Sequence record: MZ574431.2
Length of the DNA stretch: 64,000 nt
Reading direction: 5' to 3' (one strand)
The position numbers and the translations under genes are program-made. Positions within the stretch are counted from its first letter, which is position 1; each line of letters opens with the position of its first letter. Below are positions 45,478 to 53,965 of this stretch, in pieces. The notes below the pieces were generated by a model. The model was given only the letters and a program-made list of their open reading frames with translations, was not told where the DNA came from and did no database searches.

Positions 45478-45493
45478 TGACCGCCGCGACTGA
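45194..45493 (+). CDS. hypothetical protein
   Basis: GAGGG SD; strong GC3 bias. Confidence 0.75.
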   Translation: MTYVRQIEVKTIVRVEVDETKFTPEFMEEYSKYFNFRDTVEEHQEYLGRIFAAGIIDGFQEEFVEGYGKLKDMGIRLSLLQETAEVLHEQDEVYDDRRD

Positions 45494-45956
45494 TTTGGAT
45501 AACCTCTGCCTGGAGGTGCCGGTCGCCCCTGGCGTCACCGACGAGCAGCTACGGGCCGCGATCGCCGAGGCCAAGAAGGCGTGGTATCCCAAGTCCAACG
45601 AGCGCGCCATGCACGACTTCAGCCTGCCGGCGATCGTGCGCGGCTTCATCGCCCTTCACCAGGGGCCGGCAACCGAGGTCCTGGCGATCGAGGAAGCCGG
45701 CTTCATGCCCAAGCTCTACGCCAAGCATGAGGGCCGCGCCTGCGAGATCACCCTGGTCTCGTCCATGGGCGACATCGGCGTTGACTACCTCAAGCCCGTC
45801 GCGGGCGCGGCATCGTATGCGCGGGGGATTTCGGTCTACGACCTGACGGACTTCTCCCTCGAAGAACCGGGCCGCGAGGCGCGCCAAGCGCCGATGCGCA
45901 AGTTGACCCGGCGCGAGAAGGTCAAGATGTTCGGCAAGGGGCGCGCGCGGCCATGA
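45474..45956 (+). CDS. hypothetical protein
   Basis: GAGGT SD. Confidence 0.7.
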   Translation: MMTAATDLDNLCLEVPVAPGVTDEQLRAAIAEAKKAWYPKSNERAMHDFSLPAIVRGFIALHQGPATEVLAIEEAGFMPKLYAKHEGRACEITLVSSMGDIGVDYLKPVAGAASYARGISVYDLTDFSLEEPGREARQAPMRKLTRREKVKMFGKGRARP

Positions 45957-46483
45957 GCTTCGTCCACTTGGTCTTCTTCGATCAGGAGGGGACGATCTTC
46001 GACGGCAAGATGAGCCACTTCGAGGACGCCTTCGGAGGCGTTGGCGGAGACTTCTATGCGGCGTGGCAGTTTGCTGCCGGCGAAGGCTGGGGCACGCTGG
46101 CCTATCACACCGCCACGGCCGAGGAGGTGATGTCCGAGGCCAAGACCGAGGACATGGTCCGCCTGTGCCGCGCCATGTGGTCGAACGCGCCGTCGCGCTG
46201 CTGGCGCGCGATGTTCACCTCCTGGGCGTTCATGCCACCCGTGCCGTTCTATCCGGTCCCCAAGCAGTCGCGCCATCCCCGCGCCAACTGGTTGATCGAA
46301 ATCCTGCGGGCGACGGAACCTGACCTGCTGATCGACCGCAACGATCCGCTCGATCCCGCCTCCTATGACCGGAAGATCGTCCTGCATGGACAGTTCGACC
46401 CCGAGCGGCTGCTGGCCGCACTCGACGCCTTCGAGTACGGAGACCGCGACTACTTCCTTCAGTCCATGAGGCCCCTGCCGTGA
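45953..46483 (+). CDS. hypothetical protein
   Basis: ATGA/GTGA overlaps. Confidence 0.7.
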   Translation: MSFVHLVFFDQEGTIFDGKMSHFEDAFGGVGGDFYAAWQFAAGEGWGTLAYHTATAEEVMSEAKTEDMVRLCRAMWSNAPSRCWRAMFTSWAFMPPVPFYPVPKQSRHPRANWLIEILRATEPDLLIDRNDPLDPASYDRKIVLHGQFDPERLLAALDAFEYGDRDYFLQSMRPLP

Positions 46484-47298
46484 CCGGCAAGCTTTCCATC
46501 ACCAAGGCGCCGACTAATCCGCCGCCGGATCAGAAGGCCCGTGAGGCCAAGCTTCATGTCCATGTCTTCAACGATGATGGTCTGGTCTTCAGTGGCACGC
46601 TGAATGACTATGTCGAGAAGCGCTGCGCCGACTATTACTACCCGCTCTTTCCCAAGCTGGGGCTGGTGGTCGGCGACGCTATCGAGCGCTTTTCCGATAT
46701 TCTGGTGACCGCAGGACCGCTGACGAGAAGCCAGCTTAACAGCGCCAAAAAACAGGTCGAAGGCTCCCCGTCTGATGAATGTTGGCGCGTGGCGTGCCTG
46801 AGCCCCTTCCTCATCGAGGAGGTCGACATCGACGAAGACGACTGGGATCGCAAGCTGGCCCGACACAAGCCGGCCCAGACGCGCGCGGACCTGGACGAAG
46901 AAGAAGACGAGGACGACGTGGATTTCGACGATGATGATGAGGAGACCAAGCCCTTCTGGCTCTCGGCCCTGATCCTGGTCGGCGAAGCCCTGCTGGCCGC
47001 CCTAACGCTATGGCTCCTCACCCACTGGGGCGCGGTGGCGGCTGTCGTGTGGCCCTGGGCTGTGGGTCTTTGGCACGTCCTCGGTTGGGGTCTCTGGGGC
47101 GTGGGCGTCCTGACCGGCATCGCCCTCCTGATGTGGCTTTTCACGACCGAGGATGGTCATTCCGTTCTTGGTGCGATCATGCTCCTGGCCTTCATCGGCT
47201 GGGTGCTTTGGGCCGCGTCCATGGGTCTATACACCTACGGCAAGGACATCCTGGCCAAGGAACACAAGGCAGCCGCCCATGCTTCTGCGCCACGTTAA
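46480..47298 (+). CDS. membrane protein with acidic tract and about four C-terminal TM helices
   Basis: DLDEEEDEDDVDFDDDDEE followed by hydrophobic segments. Confidence 0.75.
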   Translation: MTGKLSITKAPTNPPPDQKAREAKLHVHVFNDDGLVFSGTLNDYVEKRCADYYYPLFPKLGLVVGDAIERFSDILVTAGPLTRSQLNSAKKQVEGSPSDECWRVACLSPFLIEEVDIDEDDWDRKLARHKPAQTRADLDEEEDEDDVDFDDDDEETKPFWLSALILVGEALLAALTLWLLTHWGAVAAVVWPWAVGLWHVLGWGLWGVGVLTGIALLMWLFTTEDGHSVLGAIMLLAFIGWVLWAASMGLYTYGKDILAKEHKAAAHASAPR

Positions 47299-47509
47299 CC
47301 CAGGCCTCAAACCCGGCGACCTCGTCATCCAGTTGAACTGGACAGACGAACCGGGCGCGTGGAAGGATTTCGTGCCGCTCAACCCCGCCCTCTCCTCGGC
47401 CTTCCAACTGGCCGTGTTGATGCAGGAGTGGCGCGAGACCAAGCTGCGCTATCCCAGTCTGAACCATGATGTGGCCTTCCGCATCGCAACCTACGAGCCG
47501 AGGCGATGA
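47279..47509 (+). CDS. hypothetical protein
   Basis: Packed. Confidence 0.6.
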   Translation: MLLRHVNPGLKPGDLVIQLNWTDEPGAWKDFVPLNPALSSAFQLAVLMQEWRETKLRYPSLNHDVAFRIATYEPRR

Positions 47510-47730
47510 TCAACGATACGCCAACCCAGCAGCGACGCGTCCGGGAAGCCTTCATGGCCGCCCGCGCCGCCGAGGCGCAGATCAACAACCTGGACTTCTC
47601 CAACATGGCGCCCGACGCCCAGGAGAAGCTCGTGGTCAGCCTGGAAACGGCTGTCTCCAAACACCGTGACGCCATTGAGCGGGACAAGCGCGAGGCCCAG
47701 GTCTCCGCCGCGAACGAAGGACGAGTCTGA
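47506..47730 (+). CDS. hypothetical protein
   Basis: GAGG SD, ATGA overlap. Confidence 0.7.
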   Translation: MINDTPTQQRRVREAFMAARAAEAQINNLDFSNMAPDAQEKLVVSLETAVSKHRDAIERDKREAQVSAANEGRV

Positions 47731-48473
47731 TGGGCTGGGCGGACTGCGGCACCGATAGCCAGGATCGTCCGATCGGATACGCCCACGCGGCGACCTGCGA
47801 TCACCCCGGCTGCGAAGCGCAAATCCACCGAGGACTGGCCTATGCCTGTGGCGGCATGCACGGCTCCTCGTCCGGCTGCGAAGGCTACTTCTGCGCCGAT
47901 CACCTTGTCTATGTCTGGGACCCCGGAGAAGGGGTCGGCGTCCAGGTCTGCGAGACCTGTGAGTCGGTCCTGAAGGACGCGATGATGCAGGAGTTCATGG
48001 ACCTGATGGTCTCGGCGGTGCGCGAGCCCTCGGTGGCGCCGCAATTCCATCCGATCAACGAGCAGCGGATCGACGTCTATCTCCAGGGCCATCGCGCCGG
48101 TACGCTCCAGGGCGCCAACGGCCGCTGGGAGTTCGTGGACGAGGGCTTCCGCATGCCCGCCGGACACAGCGCCGGCGAGGCCCTGGCGATCTGCACCAAG
48201 CATTTCGTCCAGCCTCCTCTCGGACGCACGGAGCTTCGCCAGGAGATCATGCGCCTGATGATCCGCTGGGACCACGAGGACCTGCATCACCTGCCGCTGA
48301 ACACCGGCTTGCTGAGCCCGGCCGACGAGCAGGCCATCGTCAAGGCCAAGCAGCGGCACGCGGCCTATTCGATCAAGATCGAGCCCAATGTCGAGGTCAT
48401 CGAGCGGCTTCAAGCCATGACCCGCGAACGCAACAGCAAGGTGGTTTTCGGTGAAGCTCTCTCTCGCCCCTGA
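47730..48473 (+). CDS. protein with N-terminal Cys/His-rich domain
   Basis: IGY...ATCDHPGC...RGLAYACG..H...CEGYFCADH. Confidence 0.75.
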   Translation: MGWADCGTDSQDRPIGYAHAATCDHPGCEAQIHRGLAYACGGMHGSSSGCEGYFCADHLVYVWDPGEGVGVQVCETCESVLKDAMMQEFMDLMVSAVREPSVAPQFHPINEQRIDVYLQGHRAGTLQGANGRWEFVDEGFRMPAGHSAGEALAICTKHFVQPPLGRTELRQEIMRLMIRWDHEDLHHLPLNTGLLSPADEQAIVKAKQRHAAYSIKIEPNVEVIERLQAMTRERNSKVVFGEALSRP

Positions 48474-48708
48474 GGAACTGGCGCGTCTCTCGCCGGCCGC
48501 CCGTAAAATCTACACGGCCCTGCACGCCGGCGCCAAGCTCACGATCACGATCGACAACGATTCGTGGTGGCTGAACGAGGACCTGGGCCAGAAGGACGAG
48601 GACGGCTATCCGATCGAGGAACTGCTGCTCAAGGGCGGCGGTCCGTACGGCGCGGACGTGCTCGACTATCTGGCCGAAATCCTTGGCATCGAGACCGAGA
48701 GCGTCTGA
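48451..48708 (+). CDS. hypothetical protein
   Basis: Packed. Confidence 0.7.
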   Translation: MKLSLAPEELARLSPAARKIYTALHAGAKLTITIDNDSWWLNEDLGQKDEDGYPIEELLLKGGGPYGADVLDYLAEILGIETESV

Positions 48709-48866
48709 TGCAGGTGGAACTTACCCAGGAGGAAATGGCGTCCTGGCCGCCGCAGGCGTTCGAGACCCTGTCCCAGTTGAGGCACGGCTGCAAGATCGAG
48801 TTCGGTCCGGGCTGGATCACCTTCAGGACCATTGAGAGCGGGCAGACCGATGATGAACGTCGCTGA
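48708..48866 (+). CDS. hypothetical protein
   Basis: TGATG coupling. Confidence 0.55.
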   Translation: MQVELTQEEMASWPPQAFETLSQLRHGCKIEFGPGWITFRTIESGQTDDERR

Positions 48867-49164
48867 TTTCAAGGACCCTCACGATCCCGAGGGGCGCAAC
48901 TATCGTCAGGTGCAGGCCGCCAAGGTGCATAGCTTCCCGCTTGGGGCTTTGGTCGAAGTCAACGACACCGGCGCGCGCCTCTTCGTGGGGCAGCACACGC
49001 GTGACTGCGATCAGACGCCGCTCTATTCGCTCGCGCCCGAGCCGGCGCCGATCGAGTTCTACAGTGAATCTTTTGCCTGGGACATGTGGCGCATGAAATT
49101 CGTCCACGGCTGGTGCGAAGATAGCCTGACGTTGATCAATCCCGATCCGGTCATCAAGGACTGA
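48850..49164 (+). CDS. hypothetical protein
   Basis: H..PLGALVEV...RLFV..HTRDCD.TPLY motif. Confidence 0.7.
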   Translation: MMNVADFKDPHDPEGRNYRQVQAAKVHSFPLGALVEVNDTGARLFVGQHTRDCDQTPLYSLAPEPAPIEFYSESFAWDMWRMKFVHGWCEDSLTLINPDPVIKD

Positions 49165-49166
49165 TC

Positions 49167-49610
49167 ATGGCCACCGAATACTCTCCGATCGCCGGTATCG
49201 GCATCCTGCTGGACCTGGGCAAGCTGAAAACCGCCCAGGGCCTGGAGCACTCCTGCGAGCATCCCGAGCGACATGGCCAGCGCTACTGCCCCCGGTGTGG
49301 CGCGAAGGTCTGGAGCCGGCCGCTCATCCTGAGCGACAAGGTCTTCGAGGTCACCGTAGAGCTTGAGGCCATGAAGCTGCCCAAGCACATGGTCCTGGGC
49401 TTTTGGGACTATGACAATGACGTCTGGTTCCTGGGCTACGGCGTCTCTTTCGACCGCAACGAGGCGTATGGGCCGCTGCCCCTGCCGGACCTCAAGGGCC
49501 TGGATGAGACCATCCACGAGATCATCTCCAGCCTGAAGTCGCTCGACGATCCAAGCGTGATCGTCATGCCGAACTCGTTTGGCTTCCACGCCGCCATGCC
49601 GGGCTGGTGA
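49167..49610 (+). CDS. Zn-ribbon protein
   Basis: CEH...YCPRCG. Confidence 0.7.
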   Translation: MATEYSPIAGIGILLDLGKLKTAQGLEHSCEHPERHGQRYCPRCGAKVWSRPLILSDKVFEVTVELEAMKLPKHMVLGFWDYDNDVWFLGYGVSFDRNEAYGPLPLPDLKGLDETIHEIISSLKSLDDPSVIVMPNSFGFHAAMPGW

Positions 49611-49894
49611 TCATGTGCGGCTGTGCCAATGTCGAGATGGGGTCCTACGCCAACCAGGAAGCGCGTATCGCGCCGGGTGGCGGACTGGTCGGTATCGACC
49701 GCTGCCTACTCGATGAAGTCGAGATGCTTTGGCGTCTGGGGATCGTCACGGTCGAAAGCTGCTGCGGTCACAATGTCGCCGCGCCTTACATTGCCGTCGC
49801 CCACGGCCATGAGCCGCTAATGCACGCTCTGGGCTATCAGCTTGATCCCCGCCTGGAGGATCGCCCCGAAATCTTCGTGCCCAAGTCCCTATGA
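49607..49894 (+). CDS. hypothetical protein with IDxC...TxxSCCGH motif
   Basis: IDRCLLDEVEMLWRLGIVTVESCCGH. Confidence 0.7.
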   Translation: MIMCGCANVEMGSYANQEARIAPGGGLVGIDRCLLDEVEMLWRLGIVTVESCCGHNVAAPYIAVAHGHEPLMHALGYQLDPRLEDRPEIFVPKSL

Positions 49895-50175
49895 CCGAAC
49901 CTCGCCTCCAGACTCGTAACCTTCTCCTGGCGTTGAAGGAGCAGCTTCCGCTCGCCCGGCTGTGGCAGGTCTTCTTCGTGACGCGCAACGGCTGGGGCCT
50001 CTTCCACGTCAACAGCCACATCAATCAAGGATCAGGCAAGCCGAAGGTGACCTACAACACCAAGGCCACCGCCGAGAAGTCCGCCCAGGCGATGGCCAAG
50101 AAGCACGGTGGGGTGTTTCGGCCCTACAAGTGCGCCTTCTGCGACGGGTATCACATTGGCAAGAACCGCGCCTGA
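49891..50175 (+). CDS. small YxCxxCxxxH Zn-finger protein
   Basis: KVTYNTKATA...PYKCAFCDGYHIG. Confidence 0.75.
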   Translation: MTEPRLQTRNLLLALKEQLPLARLWQVFFVTRNGWGLFHVNSHINQGSGKPKVTYNTKATAEKSAQAMAKKHGGVFRPYKCAFCDGYHIGKNRA

Positions 50176-50176
50176 C

Positions 50177-50200
50177 AAGATCGGCGAAAAGATCGGCGAA
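50177..50200. repeat. 12-bp perfect tandem duplication
   Basis: AAGATCGGCGAA twice, intergenic. Confidence 0.9.
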
Positions 50201-50280
50201 GACTGGGCTGTAAAACCCGACAACCTCCTGATCTGGTAAAACATTCCGACGCCGCAGGATCGGCAATCCTTGGATCGACG

Positions 50281-50784
50281 ATGACCCCTTCTGATCAGCA
50301 CCGCAATCGAGCCCTCGTGATCGCCCTAGGCGGCGTGGAGCCCTGGGAACGGACCGCCACGCCGACCTATGCCGTGATGCACAAGGAAGACACCGGTCGG
50401 GTGGTGGTGACCGAGACCACCAAGGCGCCGCGCCAGCAAACCAACGAGTTCGATTTCATCGCCAGTCTGGACCGACGCTATGCGCCTCGGTTCTTCCTGG
50501 TCGACGCCAGTCTGCCCAAGCATTTCCTGGACGCCGTCCGATCCGAACTGGGCTATCGCGGCATCCCGCTGCGCCTCATCGCCCAGAGCCATCCGGGGCG
50601 TGATCGTCTTGACCTGATCCACCACCTCTTCCGCTTGGAGCGCCTGGATGTCACCAGGGCGGTTGATCTGGCCCACCCCCATGCGGTCGACGCCGTGACC
50701 TTGGGCTTCACCCACCTCAACGCCCCGCCCCCGGTCGTCTACCACTTCGCGCCGGACCGATCGGGCCGTCTCGGCCGATGGTGA
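50281..50784 (+). CDS. hypothetical protein
   Basis: Stop inside promoter motif. Confidence 0.65.
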   Translation: MTPSDQHRNRALVIALGGVEPWERTATPTYAVMHKEDTGRVVVTETTKAPRQQTNEFDFIASLDRRYAPRFFLVDASLPKHFLDAVRSELGYRGIPLRLIAQSHPGRDRLDLIHHLFRLERLDVTRAVDLAHPHAVDAVTLGFTHLNAPPPVVYHFAPDRSGRLGRW

Positions 50785-50821
50785 GAATCCTGTTGACAAC
50801 CTAGGGTCATGCGCCTATATG
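50780..50821 (+). promoter_or_regulatory. conserved phage promoter
   Basis: GGTGAGAATCCTG-TTGACA-17-TATATG. Confidence 0.75.
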
Positions 50822-50860
50822 CCGCACCAAGTCATCAATCTTGGCACGGAGGCATGGATC

Positions 50861-50986
50861 ATGGTACGTCATCTTTGGTGCTCGATGTTTCACTGGCTCC
50901 GCTGGGAATTGCTCGACGCTCAGGACAAAACCAATCGCCGCTGGCGATGCACGGAGTGCGGTGAGCACCACCATGTCGAGGACTAG
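50861..50986 (+). CDS. 41-aa micro-protein with CxxC
   Basis: Not in ORF track: MVRHLWCSMFHWLRWELLDAQDKTNRRWRCTECGEHHHVED; GGAGG SD 8 nt upstream; directly after a promoter. Confidence 0.7.
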   Translation: MVRHLWCSMFHWLRWELLDAQDKTNRRWRCTECGEHHHVED

Positions 50987-51025
50987 ACCCCACTCGAAGC
51001 TGGCCGATGTCCTGGCGGCCTCCTG

Positions 51026-51238
51026 ATGCCTTGGGACATGCGCGCCCAGCACCGTAGGCGTAGCTGCGAGGGCAAGGTTCGCTACGCGACTGAAACCCTG
51101 GCCCGCGCCGGCGCCCAGGAGATGCTCAAGCGGACGGGACGTCGCCGAGGCGGCGTGTATCCGTGCGAGTTCTGTGGCCTATGGCACGTGTCCAGCGAGG
51201 GCAAGGGCCGCTACGTCGTTATGCAAGAAAACTGTTGA
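51026..51238 (+). CDS. small YxCxxCxxWH Zn-finger protein (paralog of 49891-50175)
   Basis: CEGKVRYAT...VYPCEFCGLWHV; stop is the TGA of TTGACA. Confidence 0.75.
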   Translation: MPWDMRAQHRRRSCEGKVRYATETLARAGAQEMLKRTGRRRGGVYPCEFCGLWHVSSEGKGRYVVMQENC

Positions 51239-51265
51239 CAAGATCGTCTGACCGGCTGATATAGG
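51222..51265 (+). promoter_or_regulatory. conserved phage promoter
   Basis: TGCAAGAAAACTG-TTGACA; TGATATAG in the -10 region. Confidence 0.8.
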
Positions 51266-51299
51266 GCCATCAACGACGACAACGAAAGGCCCGCCGTCC

Positions 51300-53437
51300 A
51301 TGCTGGAGACCAGTCCTCTTTGGGAAGCCATCGCGCTCTGGGAAGAGATCACCGGCGTGGCCGTGCCCGGCGAGGACAATCGCTTCAAGGGCTCGTGGGG
51401 CAACTACGAGGTCCACAAGACCTACGAGGAACTGCGCGACACCCTGGAGCTTGATCCCTCCGAGGTCACGACGAACCTGATGTTCAACATCTTCGTCAAG
51501 GAGTGGCTGGGCAAGCAGAAGTTCGACCTGCTGTCGCTGACCAATGATCCTCAGTCCTTCCTCGACAAGACCATCAAGCCGCGCAAGCTACTCGACATCC
51601 TCAATCGCGAGGAGATCATCGAGGCGCGTGATGAGTTCCTGGAAACGCTGCAAGCCACGGCCGTCAAGTACGGCGCCGACCAGCGCGAAGACCTCCAGAA
51701 GACCCTGGGCCAGCACGATCTGGTCGCGATCCTGCGCCGCGATGCGCTGAAGGCGGTCAACCGCCTGCGCGTCCACCAGTTCACCGCCGGCGACTCCGAA
51801 GCCGCCGACTACAAGCCCGTCTATGTCAAGACCGTCCACCAGTGGTGGAACATCAACTCGTTGCTCGACGCGGCGCTGAAGATGCCGTCGGGCGTGTCGC
51901 TGAACCTGATCAAGGACCCGGACGTCTACCAGTCCTTCTACTGCTTCTGCATCCGCAACGGCGGCAATCTCTTCATCCTGACCGACGCGCCCGAGCACGC
52001 TCACCCGCTGCACGGCCTCTTCACCCGCAAGCCCGAGCGCGCCTACGAGCAGCGTGTCTATCAGGCGTGGTTCCCCTACGACCTCCTGGGCCTGGAATGG
52101 GACGAGGAGGCCGAGCAATACTACCAGAAGGCCTCTGAAGTCACGGCCCTGACCGCCTATCAGAACCAGCAACTGCCCCTGAAGCCGTTCAATGAACTGC
52201 CGCCGGCCGAGTTCCTGTGGTGCTCGATGATGCTCGACCTGATCGTCGAGAAGTTCTGGCGCCAGAACTATCAGGCCAAGGCTCTGTCCTACACCGGCGA
52301 GATGCTGGTCATCGAAAACCGCCTGGAAGCTGCCGCAAGCTCGGCCAACCTGCCCGTCGTCAACTACGAGCGCCTGAACCTGCCGGCCCTGTCCCTGGCG
52401 GACATGCGCTCGGACGTCCTGGGCGCCGAGGCGATCGGCAAGGGCTACCACCAGCCCAACAAGTGGCTGGAGGACCGCTTCATCGACAAGGTCCCCGAGA
52501 CGGTCCTGAACCTTGTGGCCAACGCCGATCGCATGCTGCTGCTCGATCGCAAGACTGGCCAAATCGAGACCCAGTCGCGTGAGTTCGTCAAGAAGTACAA
52601 GGCCATTCCGAAGATTTTCGATCGTGACCGCGATCAGATGCTGGCCGGCCGGGCGCAGATGGAGGTGCTCAACCCCACGCGCTTTGGCACCCGCGAGGAA
52701 CTGGACAACGATCGCAAGTTCATCGCCCGCTACAACTTCGCCAGCGAAATCCAGCGGCTGGCCAAGGAAGAGTTCGAGGACCGCAAGGACGACATCAAGT
52801 CCTGGTGGAAGACGAGCCTGCGCAAGAACCTGCCCAACCTCCTGGCCTACGCCGGCTGCAAGGTCCTCTGGGCCGAGGCCGACATGCAGGGCTCCAACGA
52901 CAGCTTCGACATGCTCCGCAGCGGCGGGGGCGCGGCATCCACCTGGACACCCACGCAGCGGCGTCCCTGGGCGCTGACAAAACCGGCCGCATCCGCAAGG
53001 TGCTGCACACCTTTGCTGATCGCCACGACATCCAGGCCTTCAGCTACGAGACCGCCGGCTTCTCGTCGACCAATCTCGGTGGCTACGACCAGCGCCGGGG
53101 CTACCTCTGCGCGGTCAACGACACCAAGGCCAGCTACATGCAGACCTTCCACCCGGCCAATGCCGAGGAACTAGCGCTGCTGGCCGGCATCGACATCAAG
53201 GACCTGCCGGACGTGCTCCAGCACTGGACCCTGGCCGATCCCTATGACGGCAACCACATCCTCTCGCGCATCGACCCGCTGAACTGGAGGGTGAGCAATC
53301 CCTGGCTGAAGCTGAACTTCCAGGTGGTCCTGCCGCTCTCGATGCGCGCCGAGGCCAAGCTGGTCGCTCGCAAGCCGCCCCTGACCTACCTGTGGCCCGA
53401 CGACAAGATCAGCGATACGGGCCGCCCCTTCCTCTAA
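51300..53437 (+). pseudogene. large hypothetical gene (~710 aa if joined) split by a -1 frameshift near 52926-52930
   Basis: ORF 51300-53174 loses codon bias after the G5 run; the -1 frame (ORF 52805-53437) gains it from that point. Confidence 0.7.
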
Positions 53438-53446
53438 GGATTCTCG

Positions 53447-53890
53447 ATGCAAGACGAACTTCGCCTCTACGCCATCACCAGCCTCGAAGCCATCCAAGCC
53501 ATGGGCGGCAATCGCGGCAAGCTCGGCGCCCAGGCCGCCCATGCCTGTCTCCATGCGTGGTTTGACGCCTATGAGCGCTTCCCCAAAGTCGCCAAAGCCT
53601 ACGCCAAGTCCATGGCGGCCGTGAAGATCGCGCTTGTCGTCCCGACCAACGATGAGCTTGTCGACCTTGCTCGCGTCTTCGAAGGCGAGTGCGGCGATGT
53701 CCTGGTCGTGCCGACCACCGACGACCTGCGGACCATGCAGCCGGTCTTCGAAGGCGAGTGCGGCGTCACCCTGGTCACCGACGCCGGCCGCACGGTTCTC
53801 CAGCCCGGCACTGTCACCTTCCTGGGCGTGGGGCCGATCACCAAGGCGCGCTTCGCCGAACTGGCGCCCGGCCTCGTGCCGCTCTGCTGA
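53447..53890 (+). CDS. PTH2-family peptidyl-tRNA hydrolase
   Basis: GKLGAQAAHA, KIALV, VTDAGRT..QPGTVTFLGVGP. Confidence 0.88.
   Translation: MQDELRLYAITSLEAIQAMGGNRGKLGAQAAHACLHAWFDAYERFPKVAKAYAKSMAAVKIALVVPTNDELVDLARVFEGECGDVLVVPTTDDLRTMQPVFEGECGVTLVTDAGRTVLQPGTVTFLGVGPITKARFAELAPGLVPLC
53675..53765 (+). repeat. intragenic 69-bp-period duplication
   Basis: GTCTTCGAAGGCGAGTGCGGCG at 53675-53696 and 53744-53765. Confidence 0.9.
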
Positions 53891-53893
53891 TCG

Positions 53894-53941
53894 TGCAAGA
53901 AAACTGTTGACACCCCTTCTGGACCTCGGCTAGAAGGGGTG
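53894..53941 (+). promoter_or_regulatory. conserved phage promoter spanned by a palindrome
   Basis: TGCAAGAAAACTG-TTGACA-18-TAGAAG; CACCCCTTCT/AGAAGGGGTG. Confidence 0.85.
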
Positions 53942-53965
53942 CATCAACAGTCAATGGAGACACCC

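Noticed and set aside
50204-50220. GGG-CTGTAAA-ACCC resembling a tRNA-Tyr anticodon arm
   Set aside because: No acceptor, D or T arm around it.
49891-51238. CxxC...H proteins as HNH homing endonucleases
   Set aside because: No HNH motif order; proteins too short.
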